Shown here: one piece after another, positions 22,760 to 34,700 of the stretch
Layout of the letters: the number at the start of each line of letters is the position of its first letter
Numbering within the stretch: the stretch's first letter is position 1
DNA from: Cyanophora paradoxa CCMP329
Taxonomy: Eukaryota; Plantae; Glaucophyta
Assembly: GCA_004431415.1 (NCBI GenBank)
Contig: QPMI01000017.1
Location: 496,001-560,000, forward strand
Length of the DNA: 64,000 bases
Direction of reading: 5' to 3'
Made by a program: the position numbers and the translations under genes
Notes under the pieces: model-generated
Told to the model about the DNA's origin: nothing
Seen by the model: only the letters and a program-made list of their open reading frames with translations
Database searches by the model: none

Positions 22760-25700
22760 ATGGAGGCGCTCTCTGTGGCTGACGCTGATCATGACGGCGA
22801 TCGCGACTCGGCGCCCCCTTTCCACGCCCTGCCGGGCGTCGTCCCCCTCGTCCACGTCTCAGCGGACCTGGAGCCCTCTAGGCCTAGGCCTCGATCTCCA
22901 GCGGTCATCGAGGACGTGGAACATGGGGCTGGCGCCAGCGCTGGGGCGAGCCCCTCCAGTCGCGCGACAGCGCGCGCAGCCCATGGGGGCCATGCGGACG
23001 ACGACGACGGCAGCGCCCACGAATCCGTACGTTCGGAAGCTCTAGAATATCGTGGCCCCCCAGGCCCGTCCCGGGCCCACTACTAAAACGGGCCCACTAC
23101 TAATATTAATTACGACCTGATTACGACCGAATGTTTTTGGTGAATTACTAATTGCAACCTATAGCTAATTGCGACCTAATATACTATATAATTAGATCCC
23201 AGCTGCAGTTCAGTCGGCCGACCGATTTATTACGGATCTTATTGCAATGAGATCGGAGTTAAACGCGTTAGGTCGGGGCCTGCGTCGCCTATAGCTATAG
23301 TTTATTCCTTAGCCCGCCCCCGGCCTATAGCCCGCCCCCACCCCCCCACCACCACCCCTCCCCCGCCCCCACCCCCCCCCTCCCCCCGCTCCGGCCCGTC
23401 CCCCGTCCCCCGTCCCCCCCCCCCCCCCCCCCCCCCCCCGCCCACCTCCGCCCCGATTGCAAGCTCATGCTCCTCATGCTCATGAGCACACGTGCACGCT
23501 CTTGATCCCCTGACTCGCGCCCCCTGCGGCGGCAGGCTTCTTTTGGAAGGCCAGGCCGGCGCGAGGTCACGTCCGGCCTGGACCCGTTGGAGGGCCTCGA
23601 CCCCGAGGCCGGCAGTGCTGGCGCCGGCGCTGCTTCGGTTGGAATCTCGGGGCCGGCGGCCCACCCGCCCGCGGCGCTTGCCGAGGCCCTCAGAGGCGCC
23701 AGCTGGGGCTACCCCCAGGCCTCGGCAGGGAAGGAAACGCTGCCAGACCCGCGACCCGACGTGCCCGTGGTTTACCGCGACGCGTGAGTCCCCGAACGGC
23801 ACGGCTCAGCGGCTCTTGCTTGACAGCCGTCCTTTAATTTGTTCTTCGTCATTTGAGTGCCGCCGCAGGGCGTTCAACTACTGCCGGGGCCAGGCGGAGG
23901 ACCTCGCGGCGGTCAAGGCCCTCATCGAGCTCTTCGGGTCCAAGGACATGGGCCTGTCCAAGGTACCGGTGTTGGCAGCTGCAGCCGGGCCAGGTCACGA
24001 CCCGCAGGTCTGATTCGCCTTGCAGACCTGGTTCGACGACGAGCCGCTGGCACCATCGGTCTTGAACAGAGCTGGGGTCATCGTCGATCACCTCCGGTGA
24101 GCCGGCGCTTGTCGTTCAAGCTCTTCAGTCTGCTGAATATTTCACGCTGCGTCTGCAGGCTAAAGCGGATATCGAGCGGACTCGTGGGAGCAAATGCCGT
24201 CGTGGTCGTCTTGACTGAGAGTGCGTGCGGCTTATGCCTCTTTTATATTTCTTTCTGCATGGATTCGGAGCTCATGCGTGCTTTGCAGGCTGGTTCCTTT
24301 CCGAGTAAATATTCTTGCATCTGCAAGGTCTGGCCATGAAGCGCCGTGACTGACGCGCTTGTTCCTTTCGCCCGCAGGCAATGCCTGCTCGAGCTGCAGC
24401 ACGCGCTGTGGCTGGGAAAGGCTGTCGCGACCGTCGTCCTCAGCAGCAAGTCCGAGACCGCGAACGACCTCGCCGACCGCGCGAAGAAGCGCTTGTGGGA
24501 AGCGGCGAATCCAAAGAAGAAGAGCGAACAAGGCGGCGATCCGTTGAAGGACGCGTACGGGAACGGAGAATTCAGCGAAGAAGAGCAGCAAAGAAGGCGG
24601 AAAGAAGAACAACGTGTCAAAGAAGAATTCGAAACCAGTGCGCGCTTGAATAAGTCACTGGCGTTTATTGTAGAGGCGCAAAAGGTGCCCATCGGTATCG
24701 AAATCCCCACTTGAGCCTCAGCTTTCGCATTGACTTTCGATTTTAGATCCTGGGAAAGAACGTGGACCAGAACTCGGAGATCAGAATGCCGAACAACCTC
24801 AGCACAAGTCCGCAATCCTTTTGCTCCGACTCATTTGCGGGTGAACATGTACATGTGTTGCAAATTGATGCCGCAAGCAGGGGCGCTGGCAGCCGATGAC
24901 GCGTTTTCTGCGGACTGCTTGCAAAGATGCCTGCAGCTCAGGCGCAAAATCTGGGTTGGTCCAGTTTGATTCGAAGACGATCTGATGAGTCTGAACGCAC
25001 CCGCAGTCGCCCTTGCCCAGACCGCGCAACGTTCCGAAAACCTATGCTGCGTACGCGCGCCGCATCCTTTTTGCTCGAATGTACAACGCTCAGAATTGGT
25101 GTGCTCGCAGTGCCTTCTGCTACTCGCGGACAAGCGATCGAGACACTCAGGCCATGCGGGTAATCCGGTCGGTCCTCGAGCCCCATCTCAACGACAGCCG
25201 TGAGAAACTCCTTAATTTTGAAGAGAAACTCCTTGAGGTGATCATGAGCTTGATTATGGCCAGATCTAGAGCATTAATATATTCTGAATACTCTTCATTG
25301 CCATCTTAGGTCTGGCCTGCACCGGAAGATGAAAAGCACCAAAGCAACAGCGAGATGGACGAGCTTGAAAGGTGCTTCCGCTCCTGACGTTGTTCGTATC
25401 GACAGGCTTAGCACCGCTCGCCCTTTTGTGCAGGCTACAGCGCGTCACAGCCGCAATCGCGGGTGCACACGCGCTGATCGTGGTCCTCACGGAGGGTCCG
25501 TCGAACCTTTTACCTTGAGCTAGATGTTCAGCTTCTCCGGACTTGACTGACTCGTGATCTTTTGTTCAGGTTGGTTCAAGTCTCAGTGCGTAGTTTGTGT
25601 TGAGTGCTGCTTCTGAGAAAAGAAAAGAGCTGATGTGTGCGGGGCGCAGGCGGTGCATGGAAGAGCTCGAGCACGCACGGATGCTGGAGAAGACCATTCT

Positions 25701-28700
25701 CGCCGTGGCTGCCGATTTTCAATCCGAGGATCAGCTTCTCGGGGGGCGATCGCAAACTGAGGACTCGGAACGTAAGAGACGAGAGAAGGTGCACGTGGGT
25801 CGACGCCTCTGTGCACGATTGGCGTGGCAGCTGATTCTAGTTGCATTCAACAGATCATCGAGGAACTCAAAAAACACCACCCAATTGTATTCATCTCTAA
25901 AATCTCGGAGATGTCTGCTGAAGACAAGTCGAGCTGCAGAGACCTTGCGCAAGCACTCATGGTGCAAGCTCGCTAAGTACTAGTGATCAGGGAATCATTC
26001 TCTTACCAACACTGCACGCAGCCGCCTCTTGGAAGGCCGCAAACGGTGCCCCGGCACTTTGACGCGTGAGTACTAGCGCCAGTCACCTGTAAGGCTCCTT
26101 TCTGTAATCTATAGCTAATCTGTTTTCAATGCTCGCAGAGCCTTCACGTACTGTCGCGGGTCGCCCACGGATCTGAGAATGGTGGAGGAACTGACACGGG
26201 CAATGAACGTGCACGGTTTTCAGGTGCTGTGTATTCGTTCAGAAACCTCCGCACTGTCTGAGCTGTAGTACCGTACCGCGATATCGATAGCTCTGGTTCG
26301 ATGCCACTCGAAGCGAGGCCGCTTGGAGCGACAAAGAGGCTAGCCGGTGCGGTGTTCCTGATTTGAAGGGATCCCTTCCCGAATTACGCGATCATCGGTT
26401 TGCAGGAAGACAGGATCTGCAGTTGCGCAAGCGTTCGAAGGCGCCAACGTGTGCGTCGCTGTCGTCACGGAAGGTAGCTGTAATTTTCCCCAAACGAACA
26501 AGCTGCGTCTCGTTAACGTTGACCTGTTGCGCTCGCGTGCGTGGAATCTTCAGCCTGGTTTCTCTCGAGGTGAGGCTTGTATACAATTGGATCCCCGGAG
26601 CGATGAGACAGACAAAAAGCCGGCTCTGTTGAGCGCGCTGCCGCAGGCAATGCCTCCTCGAGCTGCAGCACGCCCGGTGGCTGGCGATGGGCAAGGAGGA
26701 CGCCATAGTGGCCGTCGTCGTCGGACCGTCGTCTCTAGATACACTGGCGCACCGAGCGTGCGACCGCGTTCGCTCATCTCCAGAAACGCAAGCCTTTCCT
26801 ACCATCAATGAGATCGAGCAAGCCCGCCAAGTGCGCACGATCGCGACGGTCACTGCATGAGCTCGTCAGACGCGCTAACGTAAGTGGTTCTCAGCAACTG
26901 CAACTGTCGAAATACAAGATCGTTCAAGTACCTGAGCGTGTAGAAAGCTTAAGCGGCAAGCCGAGCTTCTTCTCACGCAAGAAAGCGGAGGAGGGTCGCG
27001 ATCGCGAGGGCTCCTTCGCAATCGCGTGCGAGAAGCTCATGCAAGCAATCCGGGTGCATATGGGTCTTGACCTCTCCAAGTTGCTGTCCTCGGCTGATGT
27101 TCGACCGCCAAGGTTGCGACGACATCGGTGGAAGAGGTGCATGGGCTTGATTTGACGTTTTGCGGGTATTCGTGTCTCATGCGAATTCCTTCAGCCGGGC
27201 AAAGAGATTCCGATTCCTCGATACGACGTGATGATCAGGTGCGCTTGCGCTACTTAGCTGTTAGCTGTAATTAAATTTTATGTAATTAGATGCTGTGAGC
27301 TACTTCTTTGATGTTAGATGCTCACGCTTGTCCTCTGCAGCTACCGAAGGATGCAGAAAGAGGGTCCGCTTGCAATTGCTCGCAGGAAGCCGATTGAAGC
27401 ATCTACTTAGATGTCCGCTCAGAGATGGAGGTGCTGCGGAAGCTGCTGCAGGAGAAGAATTCGACCGTCTGGTGCGACGTCATGCAGGGGGCGATCCCTG
27501 CGGGCGCAAAGTGGTGAGCTGCGCTTGATGGCGGCTGACGCAAACGTCGCTGATCTCGATTCGCACCTTCTTCTTACAGGGGGCAGACGATAGCTGCAGG
27601 TCCGCGCGCACATCTCATCTAGATCTCACCAACGTGCATATGCATTTGTTTAAATCCGACTCATATTCGTCATCAGCGATCAAGGGGGCGGACTATTTCC
27701 TGGCGCTTCTGACTCCCGGTGCGCGCGCGCGGCCTCGCGTGTAGGAGCTGTCGCGCAATGACTCACATGCTGCGGCAGAATACTTCGAGGTCAATCGATG
27801 ATATCCTTTGGAGCGCATCTCATATCCTCCCGCGCAGTCGGTCAACTGCCTGGACGAGTTCGAGTACGCCGTCTCGCACCAGAAGCGCATCGTTCCGGTC
27901 GAGTTGGAGTTTGTCCCGGAGTTCCCGCCATACCCACCGCCGGGCGCTAATGCCGCGGAGAGACTGTTCTTCTGGTTCATCGGTCCTTCCTCTGCTCTCT
28001 TCGAGCGCCGTCTGATTGTACGTGCAGGAGGAAGACGATGTGCCGAAAGCGAATTTACGCATGGTGCTTCTTGCAATTGCTAGCCTGTATCCCTGCCCTC
28101 GAGCTCCGATCCGCTGCGCATCCAACGCTATCACAGGCAATTCACAATGTTTCCCGAGCTCTTAGGACTTTCTCTAAACCGCGAGGAAGTGCTCAAGGAA
28201 AAGAGAGGCGATCCGGCTTCCGACAGCGATTTTAACAAGAAGCTCAGGGGACTCGTTGATGCGATCCAAGTGCGCCCCGTTGGAACCTTGGCCCCGGGAC
28301 TTTTCCCAGCGAATGATGTCTTCAAATTCCAGACCAACCCTGACGACGTCCGACTTCACACGCACCTCACGCTTCGCGCCGACAATTATAAGGAGGGTGC
28401 GCGCCGCCCGCGGCCGGATTCCGCCGTCTTGCGCTGCGTGACCTGAGCACTGCGGTAGCTCTGCAGCGCAAGACGGAAGAATCCGCGGCCGGCCGCGTCA
28501 CGCAGACCTCGAAGCGCTGGGTTTCGCTGTCCAGCGCACAGGAAGACATTCGCAATGTGTCCCGAGGCCGTTTCATTTGATCCCAAAGCTTGTCGTCTCA
28601 TGAACGTGCAGGCGCCGCGGGAGAACAGAACGAACGCAGAGGCATTCCTTCTGCAGGGCTACGCTCTGGAGCAGGCGCAGACATGGCTCAAGCAGGCCGG

Positions 28701-31700
28701 ATACTTGACTGGCGGCTCATCCATCCTCAGGAACCTGTTCAACCTTGGGCGCGCGTTCGACGTGGACTTCTCGCTGAAGGACACCCCCGGCACAGCCCTG
28801 CTTTCCTGGACACACACCGACTCTCGCACCTACGAATTCTTCCGGATCGAGAGAATACGCGGGGGAGGAGCGCTAGCGCCAAAACCCGAGCCGGGCGGCA
28901 TCATCCCAGTGGATCCGAAAACATCCGAGTACTCATTCAGAGTATCTGATCTCCAGGGCGACGGTTCGGAGGCGTTCAGAGTCGTCCCCGTCGACGTGGA
29001 AGGCAAGGACGGTCCCGCGTCTGCGCTCTGCCGGCTTTCGGAGTCAAATGCTTCGAATTCAGCGCCGAACGCGCCGTCGAACCTGAAGCTCAGGCCGCTT
29101 GACAGCGGAAAGTCAGCCACGCCCACAGCAGCCACTGCCGGATCCAGACGCGGGGTGCTGACGTGGACGTGCCCCAAGGCCGGCATTCCGCAGTCGTACC
29201 GCATCTATCGCAGCGAGAACTACAAGGCCAGCAGCCTGAACGATTTTACGTTTCTCACCAGCGTGCACGGAGATGCAACCAGCTACGAAGTCGCGAAACT
29301 GTCGAAGGGCCACCTTTTTTGCGTGACTGCGGTCTTTGCGGAGGCGGAGAGTCTCCCTTCCCCGCCGTGCAGCCTGGCCAGCGCCGTGAACGAAGGGGAC
29401 TTTGTCACGCCGATCGAGGACGGGTCGAGGAAGCCGTGGAACCTGCGGATCAAGGAGACGCAGGAGCCGCCCAAGGCGACCATCGAGCACCGGGTCCGCG
29501 TCTAAGCGATTAGACTATGACGCTCCTTTCCATCTGACTCCAACTTTGCAGGTCCTCGTAAAGTACAGCCTGGAGCATGCGCAGAAGAGAAAACGCCGGA
29601 TCGTGCTGATCACGATGATCATCGCAGCAGGTGCCTTATTGTAAGTGCAGGCGGGCCTAGGCGCACTATGCTCATCCATTGTGGCTGCAGCTCTTATCTC
29701 GGCGGCAATTGTGTCCGCCGTCTTTGCAGGTTCAAATCTGTCGCTCCTATTTGCGATTCAGCGTTCGTCTAAGCAAATATGCAGTCGACGCTGCGGACAA
29801 GAAGCGGGCGGCAGAGGAGAGCCTCAGGATCGCGACGGCTGCGCTTCAAGAGGCGACTGACCGGCAGACGATTTCCGCAGCCGTTCTTCGCAGCTCCAGC
29901 GATCCGGAGAGCGCTATGCTGTTTGCCCTTGAAGCGTACGCCAGCTCGAGCAGTTCAGCCAACCCCTCGGTGCAGCGCGCGGCCGAAATCACACTGCGTT
30001 CGGCCCTCGAGTCCAGCTCGTCTCGGTATCTGTACACGGGATCGGCCATCTCCGACTCTCCAACTGCTCGGCGCCGCACGCGCCAAACGCTTGAATCACA
30101 GCCATCACCGCACGCGCACGAGCGCACGCTGCTCGCGGCAGAGTCGCCGCTGAAAACGACAATCGCGGAATTCGTCGCCACAAACACTTTCTATGACTTC
30201 CAGGTGCATTCTCGTTTCTTAGCACGAGTGCGCTCCTCTAATCACACTTTGCGCAGACTTTTTCTGCGTTCTCTCCAAACGGGAAGTTCGTGCTCACCGC
30301 CGGCGCCGGCATTCTTGCTCCCACAAGCCCATTCACGTCGGCGATTCCTTCCACCATCGTCGATCCCACAGAAAGCTTTCAGGTCTGCATATGCATGTTC
30401 GAATTCAAGCGAATCGCCAAACGTCAAGGTCGCCGCTTCTGAAATTTCTTGTCGCCTGCCCCGCAGTTGAAATTGCTCGCGACGGTGTACGATACGGAAA
30501 TGAACCCTGTGTACAGTGTGCAGGATCTGCTGGTCGCGTCTCCAAACAAGACTAGGTCAGCACTTTCGCCTTCTACAATTGCAGGTCTCGAGCTCGTTTT
30601 CCTGATGCATCAGCAGCTATTGGGCGTACCACCTGGGCGCAATGCGCATGTTCGTCGATGACTACGCCAACATTCTTGTACGTGGGTTTCTGAGGGTCTC
30701 TAGATCTTTGTCAGAAGTAACGCAGCACTAGATCCATGTGAAGCGGCAAGGCCCGGAGGTTTCGGTCTGCAGCATTCCAACCTTTGTGTTTGGCCGCGGC
30801 TGCCTCCCTCGCACCACTGGGCTTCTGCTTCTGTACAGGCAGGATCGTCCTCAGCAGCGCGGATGCTTGAAGAAAGACCGGGACGGCGGCAGAGCTTATC
30901 TGCTCGACATCCATGACGTTTTTGTCGGTCCGCTCGCTATATTCGCTGTAGCCTGAATCCCATTCTTACAGAGGCGCGCTGCTCTCGCCGCAGGTCGGGG
31001 CTTTACGGCGGTGCTGATCGGAGAGAACTACGATCCATCCGGCCAAGGACTGGCGTGGAAAGGCTGGGAGAACCGGAACTTACACACGGACTTGTATTTA
31101 GATGCTTCGATTCGAATGAAGAGGCGCAATCGCATTGTTCTCAGAGTGTACAAGGGACCTGCCCAAGCTCTAGATGCACCTGTGTTAAACCAAGGCGAAT
31201 GTCACTTCTTCCATACACAGCAGACGCGCGCTCTAACCATTTGTCCGCAGGGTACCTGCCGAATTCACCGGAGCTGTGCCAGTTTTATTCCGACAGCTGG
31301 GGTAACGTCAATCTGGGAGGTTCGAGTCCCTTGGCCCAGCCCGCAATCATTGGCCATCCTAAACAGCATCTTTTCATGCAGACGACTTTGGCTTGGGGAA
31401 TACAGAACCTTGGCTGTCCGAGGACGGGTTTAGTACAAACACGGTCGCCGAGACTTTCCCATCTCCAAACAGCGCCGCCTTTTCGAGGCACGCTTGCATC
31501 AGCAGCGGCACTGAGTTCTTGTTCGCCAAAGCTATGACCGCCCCACCTGGATACGACGGGCATTACACTGAGCAAGGACAGCTTCTCAAAACGTTGGCCA
31601 TTCCTCTTCGGGCACTTTCAGAGTTCGTATCAGATCAGCAGCTGCTCGGCGAAACGAAGCAATGGTCTGCAAGCGTCGTACAGTTTGGTTCGAGTGGTTC

Positions 31701-34700
31701 GAACTATATGACGAATCATTCCAACAACTTGGCATTTGGCATCTCGGACTTTGATGTTTCACCCAACTGCACCGAGTTCGCTGGTATTCTGCGAATTCTT
31801 GGGACCATCAATGTGTACGGCACGTACAGCTTTGAACCTGTGGCTGGGCTTCCGATGGGGCACTTTTTCTTCTCTGGCCACAGCGAATCCAATCGTCACT
31901 ACATTGTTGGCCTCCCGACGTTCCTCGCTCCGAGCTCGAGAGTCCTCTCAACGAAATGGAACGACTTCGTCTCAACAGTGACCCGCAACCAGCTGCCGAA
32001 ATCCAACCTCGCGTCTCTCACCTGCTGGGATAGCAATCGGACGCTCCGGCGTCGTGAACTGGATCAGATGTACGACGGGGCCCCCTGCGAGTTCCAGAAG
32101 CGCACAAATCCTGACTTTGTGAGCGAAGCCAAAGGGAATCTGCAAGGGGGAGACCCAGGTGCGCCGGATCGATTTAAAGGGAACACAACCAAGAGCTTAG
32201 ACGCGACAGATCTGGTGTTGGTGGGCATCATTCCGGACCCGTTGCGTCGGCTGATGGGGCGGAACGCGGTGCGCTCTGCAGCAGAGGTTGCAATTGCTTG
32301 AGCTGTTGATAATGATGGCTCGCCGTCAGGCAAAGCCAGATGCGCGCGTTCAGGGAAATCACTCGCGAGGCCTGTTTGGCGCTCTGTTGCTTCGGAAAGC
32401 TGTCGCATCTGGCTCGGAGAGCGTCGGTTGCATCCGCAATCACTTGGTTTTCGTGCCCCATATTTTCGACAACGAGAACGTCTATGATCACAATTACGAG
32501 TGCGAAGACATTTCGCCTCTGAATATTAATATTAATGCAGTAGATCCTGCAATTGACAGCAGCTTGTTGCGAGCAGGACAGTTGCCGAGCTGGACTGCGG
32601 GGTTGACTACACGGGTAGCCCGCTGGACCTCCGCCGCAAGGCGATGGCGGTCAGTCGACGTTCGCTTAAGCTTGCTGAGGCGCTCACCAAAATGAGGCAT
32701 CGACTGAGAATTGGACTTGGGGGCAGATGTCGGTCAAAGCGGACGGAGCTGTCGTCGCAATCGGCGGGCTATCCGGCACAATCACAGCGCACGGCGTCAA
32801 CCTCGAGCAAGCAACCTTCGTGCGTGCATGCTTCTTCTCAATTTCAACAGACCGCGGTCGGCCCAATGCTCTCAGCAGAGAAGCACTGCCTCTCTTGCCG
32901 GAAACGTGCGATTCCTAGTTCAGATCCCATCAAGCTCTCTGTTTCTGGCCTCGGACGACAAAGGAAATTTTGCAAAAGTGGGGCTTGACTTGGACACAGT
33001 GTATCAGAACCAGGCATGCGCACGTCTGGAATCGCGTTTGTTCGGAATCTCTTGCGTCTCGCAGTTCTGATTATGAAGAACGCATGCGCAGGAAACCAGC
33101 GTAACGCAGCTTCAGGCAAAACTCGCCCAAAAGGACTCCAGCTCAGATTTCATGGCTCCGGGCCTGGACCTTACCAGGGTGTTCGACATACCGGCTTCCG
33201 TTCAAGGAGCACTTGGCCCCAACGGAGGCTTTTTCACCACTTGCCACCTGCTGGTTCTGGGCCAGAAGCGGGCGGTTTTCTGGGATGCTGACGGCAGTTT
33301 CTTCGCGGCGAGAAGGGTGCACCTGACGCAGATCAGCAAGCCGGTCGCCCTTGAGACTGTGCAGCACGCGTTGGACAGCTCTGTCAGGTGTGCACGCTTG
33401 TGGCCTGTAACTGCGCATGCTCGCCAGGTTGCAGTTTCCACAGTGACTGATGCTTGCGGCTCCTTTACTTCGACTAGATCCACGCAACTGCAAGAGCTCT
33501 GCGCCGATTGTAATGATGCCTCCAAGCGCTATCGATGTGATTTGATACCCCTTCAGCTTGATTATGATTCCGCTGGCGATTCCGCTGATTCCGCCGATTT
33601 CCTTGCAGTCTTCGGGATTCACGCGCCAACGGGGAACCTTATGGCTTTGCGGGCGGACGGAGGGGTGCTCTTCCAGACGGACAGCACCAGCGGAACATGC
33701 AAACACCAGTCGAGGCTAGTTCCTACCAAAACATGGTGCAAGCTTCCCCGAGATCGACCGAGGTCGATTTACAGAGCTAGTAATGATGGTTTGCAGGCAA
33801 TGGAAGAAATCGGAATCTGCACTGCCGTGGTCTCAGTCAGAAGCAAACGGGATCACATTATCTGCATCCTTCAACGCGTTTACGCAACTCGCAAGCACAC
33901 CTGACACCGAGGCTTTTCTTCGCATCCGGACTCGGACGAGACACGTTCCTGAATATCCAGACCCCTTTCCGTTGAACAGAATTGACGTGTTGCGGGATGC
34001 CCCTGCTTCGGGCGATTTCCGAACGCACTCGATGTTCTTCCCGAGCGCTCAAGAAAACGCGCGGCCACTGGCGTTCTTCCGCAGCTCGCTCGCAGCGATG
34101 GCCGGAGTCATCTACCCCCTCGTAGACGTGAGCCGTGCACGCCTAGGCCTGTTATTTCCCGAAGCTCAAGTTCGATCAGGGCATTCCGCAAGCTGACCAG
34201 GCGACCTCGATTTTTGAGCTGAGCCCTCTGAGCCGAGCGGCAATCTTTCCAGCTGCATCGGAGCACAGGCCATGGCGGAAGCCAGACTCTGCTCCTTTCG
34301 CTCTTATCTCCGGTCTGCTGTATTTCTCACATGCCAATGCCGTGCGTAATCTTCGAATTCTCGCTCCTGTTGCAGATTTCCAACATTCCAGTGGGTTTGA
34401 TGCTAACGGGCTGCGTTGCGCATTCTGCTTTTCAATGGTGCCGCATCCTGTAGTTCTTCGTAACGCTGCCTGCAGTTTGCTGACAATCGTGAACTCTGTA
34501 CCTGCAGTTCTACGTTGCATTCGAAAAAGAGCCCAAGTGGGCAGACGTTGTCTTCGGAAAGAGGACCCCGTACTACAGTGCGACAGATTACAGTTCGGTT
34601 TATATCGACGAAGGTCTCGGCACGTTTAAGCTCGGAATGGACACCGAATCGACCGAGCGCGTTGCTATATACCTGGCGGCAAGAAGCTCGGTGCGCGCAA

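Noticed and set aside
27900-29600. NB-ARC/NACHT/STAND NTPase after the TIRs (TNL-like gene)
   Set aside because: There is no Walker A/B motif between TIR4 and the TM; the region is accounted for by the linker and FN3 domains.
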